A stretch of 28,535 bases of DNA from Alphaproteobacteria bacterium (GTDB lineage Bacteria; Myxococcota_A; UBA796; UBA2385), in contig JBEIVK010000001.1 of the NCBI GenBank assembly GCA_040373935.1, positions 1 to 28,535 of the forward strand. The letters run 5' to 3'. Below are positions 1 to 9,400 of this stretch, one piece after another. Within the stretch, counting starts at the first letter, position 1. Each line of letters begins with the position of its first letter. Both the position numbers and the translations under genes were made by a program. Under the pieces are notes generated by a model. The model was given only the letters and a program-made list of their open reading frames with translations, was not told the DNA's origin and ran no database searches.

Positions 1-285
1 CGCGGCATCGGGGAGCGCGCGCCGGCGTCGGCCGGCGCGCGCGGCGGCGCGGCGAAGTCCGGGCACGCCGACCCAGAGCGCCGTCGCCGTCGCCCGCCCC
101 GCCGAGGGTGTCGCGGAAGTGGTCTCCCGCGGTGCTGCCGACGCGTCGCGCTCCCCGGCGCCAGGTCTCTCCCCGCGGGCCCGCCGCTGCCGCCCCGTGC
201 CGCGGTGGCTGGTGCAGCGCGAGGGTGCGCTCGCCCCGCTTGCGGTCGCCGCCGTGGCCTCGACCGTGCGCGGCCTCGACCGTGC

Positions 286-747
286 TCAGGCGGTGCGCGG
301 CGGGGTGGGGTCCGGGCCCAGAAGGGCGGCGGCGATGGCCGCCGGGATGAGGTGGAAGGCCACGAGGACGGCCTGGAGGGCGGCGCCGTCTTGGCGCAGG
401 GGGCCGCCGAGGCTGAGCACGGCGACCGCGGCGCAGAGCGCCTGGAAGTGCCGTTGGCGGCCGAGGCCGACGGCATGCCGCACGACGGCGGCGGGCAGGA
501 AGGGCGCCGCGGCCGCGAGGGCCGTGGCGGCGATGGGCAGCGTGCGCGGCGCGGGGCCGCCCGGGAGCACGACCTCCACCGGGATTCCCAGCGGCCCGAT
601 GGCGAGAAGGTGCACCAGGACGACGGCGCCCGCGGCCCAGGCGGCGCCCCGCACAGCGCGGGCGGGCAGGCCGGAGGCGGCGGTGGTCGGGGGGGCGTTG
701 CGGGGGGGCGCAGCCCCCCTGCCCTCCGAAGAGAAAGGCTCACCCAT
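286..747 (-). CDS. Small multi-pass membrane protein, DUF6069-like
   Basis: C-terminal part of ORF 286..1284. ATG at 747 (alternative 756) overlaps the stop of the upstream ATPase gene (ATGGGTGA). Three to four hydrophobic segments; the ending LSLGGPL...AVLVAFHLIPAAIAAALLG resembles the DUF6069 pattern as recalled. Confidence 0.55.
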   Translation of the reverse strand: MGEPFSSEGRGAAPPRNAPPTTAASGLPARAVRGAAWAAGAVVLVHLLAIGPLGIPVEVVLPGGPAPRTLPIAATALAAAAPFLPAAVVRHAVGLGRQRHFQALCAAVAVLSLGGPLRQDGAALQAVLVAFHLIPAAIAAALLGPDPTPPRTA

Positions 748-1417
748 GCGCGCCATCGCCGACGGGGATGAGGTCGGTGAAGGTGAACGCGCCGTCGGTG
801 TGGACCGCGCCGGCCTCGACATCGACCGGGCGGGCGAAGCCGGGCGCCCAGGTGCAGAAGGTGTGAAACTCGCCGTTTTCGCCCAGCGGGTCTGTGCCTT
901 CTGGCAGGGACTGGAGCAGCGCGTCGTCGAAGGCGGCGCCGGCGAGGGTGGCTGGCACGACGCGCGTGTCGATGCAGCTGAGGCGCGCGCGCAGGCCGGC
1001 GCGGAGCATCTCGGCGGCGAGCGGGCCGGTGGGCTGGCCCCACAACGGAAACAGCCCGTGCAAGCCGGCGCGGGCGAGCTGGGCCTCACGGTAGGCCCGG
1101 ACGTCGGCGAGGAAGAGGTCCCCGAAGGCGATGGCGTCGACGCCGGCGGCGCGGGCTGCGGCGAGCGCGGCGCCGACGCGGTCCTCGTAGGTTGCGTTGT
1201 CGCAGGGCCAGGGCAGCCCGACTTCGTGCATCGGCAGGCCGACGGCGGCGGCTTGCTGGGCCAGGAGCGTGCGCCGGACCCCATGCATCGCGACGCGGCC
1301 GGCTGCCTCGTTGACCGTGCTGAGCAGGCCGACGACCTCGACGCCGGGGGTGCCGCGCAGGACGCTGAGCGCCCACGCGCTGTCTTTGCCGCTGGACCAA
1401 GAGAGGACGACGCGCAA
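740..1417 (-). CDS. Diphthine-ammonia ligase (Dph6/MJ0570)-like PP-loop ATP pyrophosphatase
   Basis: N-terminal PP-loop LSWSSGKDS, FGDLFLADVRAYRE, FPLWG and DPLGENGEFHT motifs typical of PF01902-like proteins. Confidence 0.9.
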   Translation of the reverse strand: MRVVLSWSSGKDSAWALSVLRGTPGVEVVGLLSTVNEAAGRVAMHGVRRTLLAQQAAAVGLPMHEVGLPWPCDNATYEDRVGAALAAARAAGVDAIAFGDLFLADVRAYREAQLARAGLHGLFPLWGQPTGPLAAEMLRAGLRARLSCIDTRVVPATLAGAAFDDALLQSLPEGTDPLGENGEFHTFCTWAPGFARPVDVEAGAVHTDGAFTFTDLIPVGDGAHG

Positions 1418-1461
1418 TGGAAGCTCCGAAGCTCGGCCCTAACCGGCGGGGCGCGCGGTGC

Positions 1462-2922
1462 TCAGCGGGCCGGGAAGGGGATTTGCACCACCGTCTCTCC
1501 GCCGCGGCGTTCGACGACCACCACGGCGCCCTTGGGGTTTCGGGCGAGGGCCTTCGGGAGGTCCGCTGCGGCGCGTACCGGCTCGCCGTTGACGGTGAGG
1601 AGGCGATCTCCCGGGGCGAGGCGCTGGTGGGCTGGGCCGCTCGGGTCGACGCGCATCACGACGAGGCCCTGGCCTTCGGCGCCGGCATCGGCTGCGGCGC
1701 GCACGGTGATGCCGAGGCGTGGGCCCGCGGGGGCCTCGCTCGCGGACGGTGAGGGGGTGCGCGGCTCGGCGTTGCTCAGGGCTGCGGCGTCGGGGCGCGC
1801 CCCCAAGGTCAGGCGCAGCTCGCGCGCCTTGCCGTTGCGGACGGTGCGGAGGGTGACCGACTCGCCGGGGCGGCGCGCGCCGATGGAGCGGATGAGGGCG
1901 TCGGCCCCGGAGATGTCCTTGCCGTCGATGGCGGTGACGACGTCTCCGGGCTGGAGACCGGCCTTGGCCGCAGGGGTGTCGGGGTAGACCCGGCCCACGA
2001 CCGCGGCCTTTTCGTTGGGCAGGCCGAGCGCGTCGGCCATGCCGGGCTCGACGTCCTGCAGCGCGACGCCCACCCAGCCGCGGTTCACCCGGCCGTCGGC
2101 CTTCAGGTCGTCGAGCATCGACTTCACCATGTCGATGGGCACGGCGAAGCCGATGCCCTGCCCGATGATGGCGGTGTTGATGCCGACCACCTCGCCGGCG
2201 AGATTGAACAGGGGCCCGCCGGAGTTACCGGGGTTGATGCTGGCATCCGTCTGCAGGAAGGCGTCGTAGGGGCCGGCGCCGATGTCGCGCCCTTTGCCGG
2301 AGACGATGCCGGAAGAGACGCTGTGGTCCAGGCCGAATGGGTTTCCGATGGCCACCACCCAGTCCCCCACGCGCAGGGCACCGCTGTCCCCGAGCGGAAC
2401 CGCGGGAAACGTGTGGCCGCCGTCGATCTTGACCAGCGCGACGTCGGTGTTGGCGTCCCGGCCGACGACGCGGGCGGGGAAGGTGCGCTCGTCCGCGAGG
2501 CGGACCGTGACCTCCCGCGCGTCGTCGACCACGTGGTTGTTGGTGAGGATGTAGCCGTCCGCGCTGACGAAGAAGCCGCTGCCCTGGCCCTTGCGCAGCT
2601 GGCGCTGGCCGTCGTCCGGCCCCGGCAGGGAGAAGGGCATCCCGAAGAATGGATGCACCGACGGAACCTCGACCTCCTGGGAGACGTCGAGGTGCACGAC
2701 CGAGGGGCCCAGGCGGTCCACCAGCGGGGCGAGCGAGACGCGCGGGTCGTAGTGCAAGGGGGCGAGCGGCGCCTCGGCCCGCGGCGTGCCGGTGGCGAGC
2801 GCGGCGGGGGTGGCCTCGACGGCGGGGCGGGCGTCCGCGTCGCGCGTGAGGGTGGGGATCGCGACGGCGGCGGCGCCAAGCACGGCGCCCGCGACGAGGA
2901 GCACGGCAGAACGAATGCGCAT
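1462..2922 (-). CDS. HtrA/DegP-DegQ (Do family) serine endoprotease with two PDZ domains
   Basis: N-terminal signal/anchor; triad motifs TNNHVV, DVALVK and NPGNSGGPL; two PDZ-like segments (GWVGVALQ...; LGITV...GDRLLTVNG). Confidence 0.95.
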   Translation of the reverse strand: MRIRSAVLLVAGAVLGAAAVAIPTLTRDADARPAVEATPAALATGTPRAEAPLAPLHYDPRVSLAPLVDRLGPSVVHLDVSQEVEVPSVHPFFGMPFSLPGPDDGQRQLRKGQGSGFFVSADGYILTNNHVVDDAREVTVRLADERTFPARVVGRDANTDVALVKIDGGHTFPAVPLGDSGALRVGDWVVAIGNPFGLDHSVSSGIVSGKGRDIGAGPYDAFLQTDASINPGNSGGPLFNLAGEVVGINTAIIGQGIGFAVPIDMVKSMLDDLKADGRVNRGWVGVALQDVEPGMADALGLPNEKAAVVGRVYPDTPAAKAGLQPGDVVTAIDGKDISGADALIRSIGARRPGESVTLRTVRNGKARELRLTLGARPDAAALSNAEPRTPSPSASEAPAGPRLGITVRAAADAGAEGQGLVVMRVDPSGPAHQRLAPGDRLLTVNGEPVRAAADLPKALARNPKGAVVVVERRGGETVVQIPFPAR

Positions 2923-3020
2923 CGGGACCTCTGGGCGGGGGAGACGCTGCGCACCCCGCGGCCGGTCGTCAACCCGTCGGGGCCGCGGGCCCTTCCGTGG
3001 GGCTGGGATACCGGGGTGAG

Positions 3021-3025
3021 GGAGG
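3021..3025 (+). promoter_or_regulatory. Shine-Dalgarno sequence GGAGG
   Basis: GGAGG 4 nt upstream of ATG 3030. Confidence 0.7.
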
Positions 3026-3029
3026 CAAA

Positions 3030-3599
3030 ATGGACGGCTACTACGACCATCACCCGAGCACCCAACTCGACCGGCCGATCGTGTTGTGGGGCTTCATGGG
3101 CAGCCTCTGTGACCGTGTGGCGTCCTCGCTCGGCGCGCTCACCGGACTGCCCTCGGTGGATCTGGACCGCCGGGTGGAGCACCGCGCCGGCCGCAGCGTG
3201 TCGCAGCTCGTCCTGGAGGCAGGGAGCTGCGAGTATCGGCACGTCGAGCAGGACGTGCTCACCCAAGCCCTCGCAGACCGCCCCTATGGCGTGATCGCGC
3301 TGGGCGAGGGTGCCTTGCTGCACCCCGGCAACCTCGAGGCCATCCGGGCCTCGGCCTGCACCGTGTACCTCCAGTGGCCCTTGGCAGACCTCGCGCGAAA
3401 CATCCGCCGGGAGCTGGACCAGCGCCCGGGGCGGTGGCCGTGGTTCATGCAGCGCGGCAGCGTCGTGACGGCGCTGGGCATCCAGCCGATGTTGCAGGAG
3501 CGGGAAGACGCCTACCGGCTGGCCGAGCACACCATCGCGTGCGCCGGGCGCACGCCGCCCCAGATCGCCATTGGACTCAAGGGCATTTTGGGGATTTGA
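3030..3599 (+). CDS. Shikimate-kinase-like protein with degenerate Walker A
   Basis: IVLWGFMG, DLDRRVEHRAGRSV, YRHVEQDVL, VIALGEG and TVYL follow AroK in order, but GKS/T is replaced by LCD. Start set at ATG 3030 from the RBS. Confidence 0.75.
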   Translation: MDGYYDHHPSTQLDRPIVLWGFMGSLCDRVASSLGALTGLPSVDLDRRVEHRAGRSVSQLVLEAGSCEYRHVEQDVLTQALADRPYGVIALGEGALLHPGNLEAIRASACTVYLQWPLADLARNIRRELDQRPGRWPWFMQRGSVVTALGIQPMLQEREDAYRLAEHTIACAGRTPPQIAIGLKGILGI

Positions 3600-3610
3600 C
3601 GCGCGGTGCG

Positions 3611-4024
3611 TCAGGCGGGGCTGGGAGGCGCCGCTGCCGGGTCGAACCAGAACGGCTCCCAGGTGTGGCCGTCCGGGTCTTGGAAGGCCCAGGAGAACAT
3701 GAAGCCGAGGTCTTGGGGGTCGCGCAGCGGGGCCCCTCCGGCGCGAAACGCGGTTTCGCACATGGCCTTCGCGGCATCCACCGAGTCGCAGGACAACGCG
3801 AGGAGGGCGGCCGTGGACGACCGGGCGTCGACGATGGGTTTCGGGGTGAACTGCGAAAAGTGCCCGTGCGTGAGCAGCATGACGTACAGCGGCCCGTCCA
3901 CGTGGAAGCAGGCGGCCGCCTCCGAGGTGAACGCCGGGACCAAGGTCCAGCCCAGCGCGAGGTAGAACGCTTGGCTCCGTGGCAGGTCGCGAACCGGTAG
4001 ATTGATGAAGAACGACGTGGCCAA
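3611..4024 (-). CDS. VOC/glyoxalase family protein
   Basis: FINLPVRDLPRSQAFYLALG, YVMLLT, DLGFMFSWAFQDPDGHTWE. TTG start. Confidence 0.9.
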   Translation of the reverse strand: MATSFFINLPVRDLPRSQAFYLALGWTLVPAFTSEAAACFHVDGPLYVMLLTHGHFSQFTPKPIVDARSSTAALLALSCDSVDAAKAMCETAFRAGGAPLRDPQDLGFMFSWAFQDPDGHTWEPFWFDPAAAPPSPA

Positions 4025-4029
4025 GCCCT

Positions 4030-4050
4030 CTCCGGCCCGCAGGGCCGGAG
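4030..4050. repeat. Perfect 9-bp hairpin CTCCGGCCC-GCA-GGGCCGGAG
   Basis: Read directly in the intergenic gap between the peroxidase and VOC genes. Confidence 0.75.
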
Positions 4051-4072
4051 GGCGGCGCGGACGAGGCGAGCC

Positions 4073-4657
4073 CTACTTCGCGGCGAGCGCAGCGTCGATG
4101 GCGGCGCGGAGCTTCGGGTCGTCCGGCTTGGTGGTGGGAGCAAAGCGCGCGACCACCTTGCCGTCCCGCCCCACGAGGAACTTCTCGAAGTTCCAGGAGA
4201 TGTCGCCGCCGCCGCCGGCCGCCGAGCCCACGAGCGAGGCATACAGCGGGCTGCGCTTCGCCCCGTTGACGTCCTGCTTCGCGAGCAGCGGGAAGCTGAC
4301 GCCGTAGTTCATCTGGCAGAAGCTGGCGATCTCTGCGGGTGCGCCCGGCTCCTGCCCCCCGAACTGGTTGCACGGCACGCCGACGATGACCAGCCCATCG
4401 GACTTCTTCTCGTCGTACAGCGCCTCCAGGCCTTTGTACTGCGGGGTGAGACCGCACATGCTCGCGACGTTGACGAACAGCACGACCTTGCCCTGCAGCG
4501 CCGCGGCCGCCATGGGAGAGCCGTCGAGCTGCTGCAGCGGAAGGGAAACGGGGCTGGACACGGCGGACTCCACGGGGGCGCCGGCGTCGGCCGTGCGCGG
4601 CAGGAAGGGGACGGAGGAGGCCAGCGCGAGCGCGAGGGCCGGGAGCAGACGAGCCAT
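4073..4657 (-). CDS. Glutathione peroxidase family protein (Cys type) with signal peptide
   Basis: NVASMCGLTPQY, PCNQFGGQEPG and WNFEKFLV motifs. Start moved to ATG 4657 (MARLLPALALALASS...ADA). Confidence 0.92.
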   Translation of the reverse strand: MARLLPALALALASSVPFLPRTADAGAPVESAVSSPVSLPLQQLDGSPMAAAALQGKVVLFVNVASMCGLTPQYKGLEALYDEKKSDGLVIVGVPCNQFGGQEPGAPAEIASFCQMNYGVSFPLLAKQDVNGAKRSPLYASLVGSAAGGGGDISWNFEKFLVGRDGKVVARFAPTTKPDDPKLRAAIDAALAAK

Positions 4658-4775
4658 GAGGGGCTCCGTTCGGGGAAGGGGACGGAGCACACATAGGGCC
4701 ATCCGGGGCTGGGTCAAGGGCGTGTGCCGCGCGCGGGGGGCCGACCCGTCGCCACCGCATTAGGACGCGGCCGCC

Positions 4776-6056
4776 ATGACTGTCCGCATCGCCGACCACC
4801 TCCCCGCCGACCCGCGCGCCGCCATGCGCGCCGCGGTCACTCCCACCATCGCCGCCATGCAGGGGAGCTTGATCCTCGGCATCGCCCAACAGGTGCGCCA
4901 GCTCAAGGCTGCAGGGGCGGCGGTCGCAGACTTCACCGTCGGTGACTTTGCGCCCGCGCAGTTCCCGATCCCGCCCGGGCTGTCGGCCGAGATCGGGCGC
5001 GCGCTTGCCCGCGGCGAGACCAACTACCCGCCGGCCGAGGGCATGCCGGCGCTCCGGCAGGCGGTGGCAGACCTCTACCGGGAGCGCTTGGGCCTGGACT
5101 ACGGGCCCGACGGCGTTTGCGTGTGCTCCGGTGCCCGGCCGCCCATCTTCGCCACGTGGCAGATGTTCGTCCGGCCGGGGGACAAGACGGTGTCCTTCCT
5201 GCCGGGGTGGAATACGGGGTACTACGCGCAGCTGTTCGGTGCAGACCACCACTTCGTGCCGACGCGCGCCGAGGATGGCTTTTTCCCCACCGTCGAGGCC
5301 GCTCGCGCGGCGATGCGCGGGGCCCGCCTCGTCATCCTCAACAGCCCGCTCAACCCGACGGGCACCGCCATTCAGCCGGAGGTGCTGCGCGGCATCGCGC
5401 AGGCCCTGGTGGAAGAGAACCGCGGCCGCGCCGAGCCGTGCATCCTGCTGTTCGACCAAGTGTATTGGCTGCTCACCCAGCCGGGGGTGTCCCATCACAA
5501 CCCGGTCGCGCTGGTGCCGGAGTGCGCGCCCTACGTCGTGCAGGTCGATGCCATCTCCAAGTGGCTGGCCGGCACGGGGCTCCGCGTGGGCTGGGCCGTG
5601 CTGCCGCCGCACCTGCAGGAGCGGATGAAGGCGCTGGTCGGGCACATCGGCGCGTGGGCCCCGCGCGCCGAGCAGGTTGCCACGGCCGCATTCCTCGCAG
5701 ACCGCGCGTCCCTCGACGCGGGCGTCGCCGCACTGAACGCTGCCGTGGGCGCGCGCCTGGGCCGCCTCTACACGGGCATCCAGGCCATGAAGGCCCGGGG
5801 CCTCCCGGTGGATGCCATCGCCCCGCAGGGCGCGATCTACCTGTCGTTTTGGGTGGGCCTCGTCGGCCGCGAGGCCACCCCCACCAACGAGTCGGTGCGG
5901 CGTCTCCTGTTGGAGCAGGCGGGCGTCGCGGTGGTGCCCTTCCAGGCCTTCGACATGCCGGGCGACACGGGGTGGTTCCGCCTCAGCGTCGGTGCGGTCG
6001 GAATGGCGGACATCGACGACGCGCTCGCCCGCCTCGAAGCCCTCCTGTCGCGCTGA
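4776..6056 (+). CDS. Class I/II PLP-dependent aminotransferase (aspartate aminotransferase-like)
   Basis: TNYPPAEG, NSPLNPTG, FDQVY and DAISKWLAGTGLRVGW (PLP lysine) motifs. Confidence 0.92.
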   Translation: MTVRIADHLPADPRAAMRAAVTPTIAAMQGSLILGIAQQVRQLKAAGAAVADFTVGDFAPAQFPIPPGLSAEIGRALARGETNYPPAEGMPALRQAVADLYRERLGLDYGPDGVCVCSGARPPIFATWQMFVRPGDKTVSFLPGWNTGYYAQLFGADHHFVPTRAEDGFFPTVEAARAAMRGARLVILNSPLNPTGTAIQPEVLRGIAQALVEENRGRAEPCILLFDQVYWLLTQPGVSHHNPVALVPECAPYVVQVDAISKWLAGTGLRVGWAVLPPHLQERMKALVGHIGAWAPRAEQVATAAFLADRASLDAGVAALNAAVGARLGRLYTGIQAMKARGLPVDAIAPQGAIYLSFWVGLVGREATPTNESVRRLLLEQAGVAVVPFQAFDMPGDTGWFRLSVGAVGMADIDDALARLEALLSR

Positions 6057-6110
6057 CTTGCGCGCCCACCCTGCCCGGGTAGGCCCCGGCCGCAACCCTG
6101 GAGGCCCCGG

Positions 6111-6449
6111 ATGGCCAGTGAATTCCGCGATGACAGTGACTTCCGGCGCGCCGTCACCGACGTGCTCGAAGCCCTCACGTCCCAGGTGGACGTTCTGGAC
6201 GAAGACGCGATCGACGCCCGCCTGATCCCCGGGAGCCTCGAGGTCGTCTTCGAAGAGGCGGGCGGGACCTTTGTGCTCTCTCAGCAGACGCCGACGCACG
6301 AGCTGTGGCTGTCGGCCAACCTGCGGGCGTGGCACTTCCGGCGCGTCGGCGGCGCTTGGGTGGAGCGGGACACCGCGGAGCCGATGCTCCAGCTGCTCGG
6401 CCGACTGTTCTCCGAGAAGCTCGGCCGCGCCGTCCAGTTCGGCTTGTAG
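6111..6449 (+). CDS. cyaY: Iron donor protein CyaY (frataxin family)
   Basis: Acidic N-terminal helix followed by GSLEVVFE, FVLSQQTPTHELWLSA and WHF. GGAGG RBS at 6100-6104. Confidence 0.85.
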   Translation: MASEFRDDSDFRRAVTDVLEALTSQVDVLDEDAIDARLIPGSLEVVFEEAGGTFVLSQQTPTHELWLSANLRAWHFRRVGGAWVERDTAEPMLQLLGRLFSEKLGRAVQFGL

Positions 6450-6461
6450 CGAGCGCCCCGG

Positions 6462-9400
6462 GTGCAGCCGCCCGCCGGCGTCGAGCCGTGGATGAACCTC
6501 CGCCTCGTGGGCGAGGGCGCCACCGGGACCGTTTGGGCGGCATGGGACCCAACCCGGGAGTGCCCGGTCGCCTTGAAAATCGCACGGGACTCCCTGGCCC
6601 GGCTCCCGCGGTTCCGTGCTCGATTTGCCCGGGAGATCGCGCTGACGGCCGCCGTTCCGCACCCGCGCATCGTGCCGGTCCTGGACCGCGGCACGTTGGC
6701 GGGTGGGCAGCCCTTTGCGGCTCTGGCCTTCGCGGCGCACGGGAGCTTGGGGGACCTGTTGCGCCGCGGCGCCCGGCTGTCGGTCGCGCTCCGGGTGATG
6801 GACCACGTGTTGGAGGCGCTGGGCGCGTTGCACGCCCGCGGGCTCCTGCACCAAGACCTCAAGCCAGAGAACGTACTTCTGCACGGCAATCCGGCGGTCC
6901 CTGATGCCTGGGTGGCTGACCTTGGCGTGGCCGGGGCCTTGAGTGAGCTCGCCATGGACCGGCGAGGCATCGCGGGCACCCCCGATTGGATGGCTCCGGA
7001 GCAGCTGCGGGGCAGGGCGCAGGAGTTGGGCCCTTGGACAGACCTCTATGCCGTAGGGTTGCTGCTCGCGGAGATCCTTGGCGTGCGGCGCGCGGGCGGC
7101 CCCCGCGGCCCCGCGGCCGCCGCGCACGCCCTCCCGGCGGCTTTGCGCGAGCTGGTGGATGTCCTGCTCTGCGTGGAGCCTCGCGGCCGTTTTGACCGCG
7201 CCGCAGACGCGCGGCGTGCCCTCGCGGCCGCTGCGGAGGGGCTGGATCCCACCCTCTCGACGGACCCGTTGGGCGATGCAAGCCTCCTTGGCCGCACGAC
7301 GACCCACCCGGAGTGGTGGGTGGAGGCCCCCGTCGGCTACGGCGGCGCCAGCGCCGCGGGCGTACCCGTGTGGCACCGGGTTCCGCCTGGCCCCATCTCC
7401 CGCGAGCCGACGCCCAGCCCCCGCTCGGAGCCCGCGCTGCGGCCGGCGCCGTCGCTTTTCGCGCTGCGGGACCCGCCGCTCGTCGGCCGAGACACCGAGC
7501 GGCAGCGCCTCTGGCGGCGTGCGCGCTACGTCGTGGCGGCGGGTGAGCCCCAGGTCGTGCTCGTGGTGGGCCCCGCGGGCAGTGGCAAGAGCCGTTTGGT
7601 GGAGGGGACGGCCCGGGCGCTCGACGAAGGGGGCCACATGGAGCCGGTCGTGCTCCGGTACTCGGACCCGGCAGAGCCCGATGACGGCTACCGCGGCGCG
7701 GTGCTGGAGCTGCTCTCGGCCTGGAGCGACACCCGCACCGAGGCGGAGGCGCGCCTCGCGGGTTGGCTCGCGCGGGACCGTCAGGTGGAGGTGCCGGCGG
7801 TGAGCGCGGAGGCCGCCGTCCTCGCCCGCTGGTGTGGATACGCGCGCGCCGATGAGCCCCCCGCGAACGCCGCGGTCGGGCTCGCGTGGCTGTACCGGCA
7901 CCTCGATGCGCGGGGCTGGCGCGGGGGCGCGTGTCTGGTCTTGGAGGATGCCCACAACGCGCGGGCGGAAGGCGACGGGCTCGCCATCGCCGCCGCGCTG
8001 CTCGAGCGCTCCGTCGGCACCCGGCCGGTGTTGCTGGTGGCGACGCTCTCCGTCGAGGCGCTGGCGCAGGATGCGTCTCTGGCCGCGCGGGTGGCCGAGC
8101 TGGAGGCGCGCGGGGCGGTCCGAATGGACCTTCCCCCGCTGGACGCGGCGACGCTCGGGGCGGGGCTCGTCGACGGCTTGGGGCTCGAAGCCGCCCTCGC
8201 GCGGCAGGTCGCGGAGGCGTCTGGGGGCAGCGTCACGTGGCTCACCACGCTTTTGCGCGATTGGGCCGCTCGGGACCTGCTCGTCCCGTTGGGCGGCGGC
8301 CGGTGCGCGCTGGTGCCGAACGTGTCTCTCGAAGACGAGCTGGAGCCGGACCTCGATCGCCTCATCGAGCGCCGCGTCTTCGCTGCCATCTCGACGACCG
8401 ACGACCCTGCCGCCGCCGAGGAGGCCTTGGTGGTGACTGCGCTCGCGGGCACCGAACCCCCGGTTGGCGTGGTGCGCGCAGTGGCCGATGAAGGATTGGA
8501 GGCGCTGCTGGCGACGGGGCTCGTGCGCCAGCGTGGCCATCGGCTCGTGTTCGAGCACAGCGGTGTCCGGCGTGCCGCGCTGGCCCGCGCCGGCGGGACG
8601 GCCACGCCCCTGCACCGCCGTCTCGGCGCGGCGTGGGAGGCCCTGGGACGCCAGACGGGCGCGGATGTGGACCTCCCGCTCGGCCGCCATCTGCTCGACG
8701 GGGCGCAGGCGGATCGCGCCCTGGTGCCGCTGCTGCGTGCGGCGCGGCGGCTGCTGGTGCAGGGGCGCGCAGGCCTCGCCTTTGATGCGTCGCGCCTCGG
8801 GCTCCTCGCTGCCGAGCAGGCCGACGTGGCCTCCGCCCGCGTCGAGGCGTGGCAGCTCGTGGCCGAGTCCTTGCTCGAGCTCGAACGGCCGGCCGACGCC
8901 CAGGCTGCTGTCGACGCTGCCTTGGCATTGGACCGGCTGGACCGCCTCTCGCGCGCCCGGCTGTGGGTGGTGGGCGCGCGCGTCGCCGTGCAGCGGGGGG
9001 CCACCGACGACGCCCGGCGGCAACTGGACCGCGCCCGCCAGGTCTTCGACGCCACCTCCGACACGCCTGGCCTCATGGAGATCGCCCATGGAGAAGCGGT
9101 TCTGGACCGTATCGAAGGGCGGCCGGCCGCGGCGGCAGACCACTACGGACGCATGCTCTCGCTGGCCGCGCCGACCGACCTCCGCGCGCTCGTGACCGCG
9201 CTGGTCGGCCGGGTGGAGACGCGCCTCGCGGCGGGTGTGGCCGCGGGCGTCGAGGCCGATGTGGCCCGCCTGCGAGAGATCGCGGCGCGCAGCGGAGACA
9301 CCCGCCTCATCGCGCAGGCGACCTGGGCGGCGGGGCTCGTCCACCTGGGGCGGCGGCGCCTCGAACTGGCGGAGCGCTTCTTTTCGACCGCGCGGGCCCT

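Noticed and set aside
1-285. Possible partial gene at the window start and a 14-bp direct repeat GGCCTCGACCGTGC (256-269, 272-285)
   Set aside because: No frame examined gave a recognisable protein. Two copies of a short GC-rich repeat are not enough to call an array.
119-1987. 622-aa plus-strand ORF
   Set aside because: Antisense shadow of three well-supported minus-strand genes; no motifs.
4073-4657. Selenocysteine in the peroxidase
   Set aside because: The active-site codon is TGC and the frame has no internal TGA.
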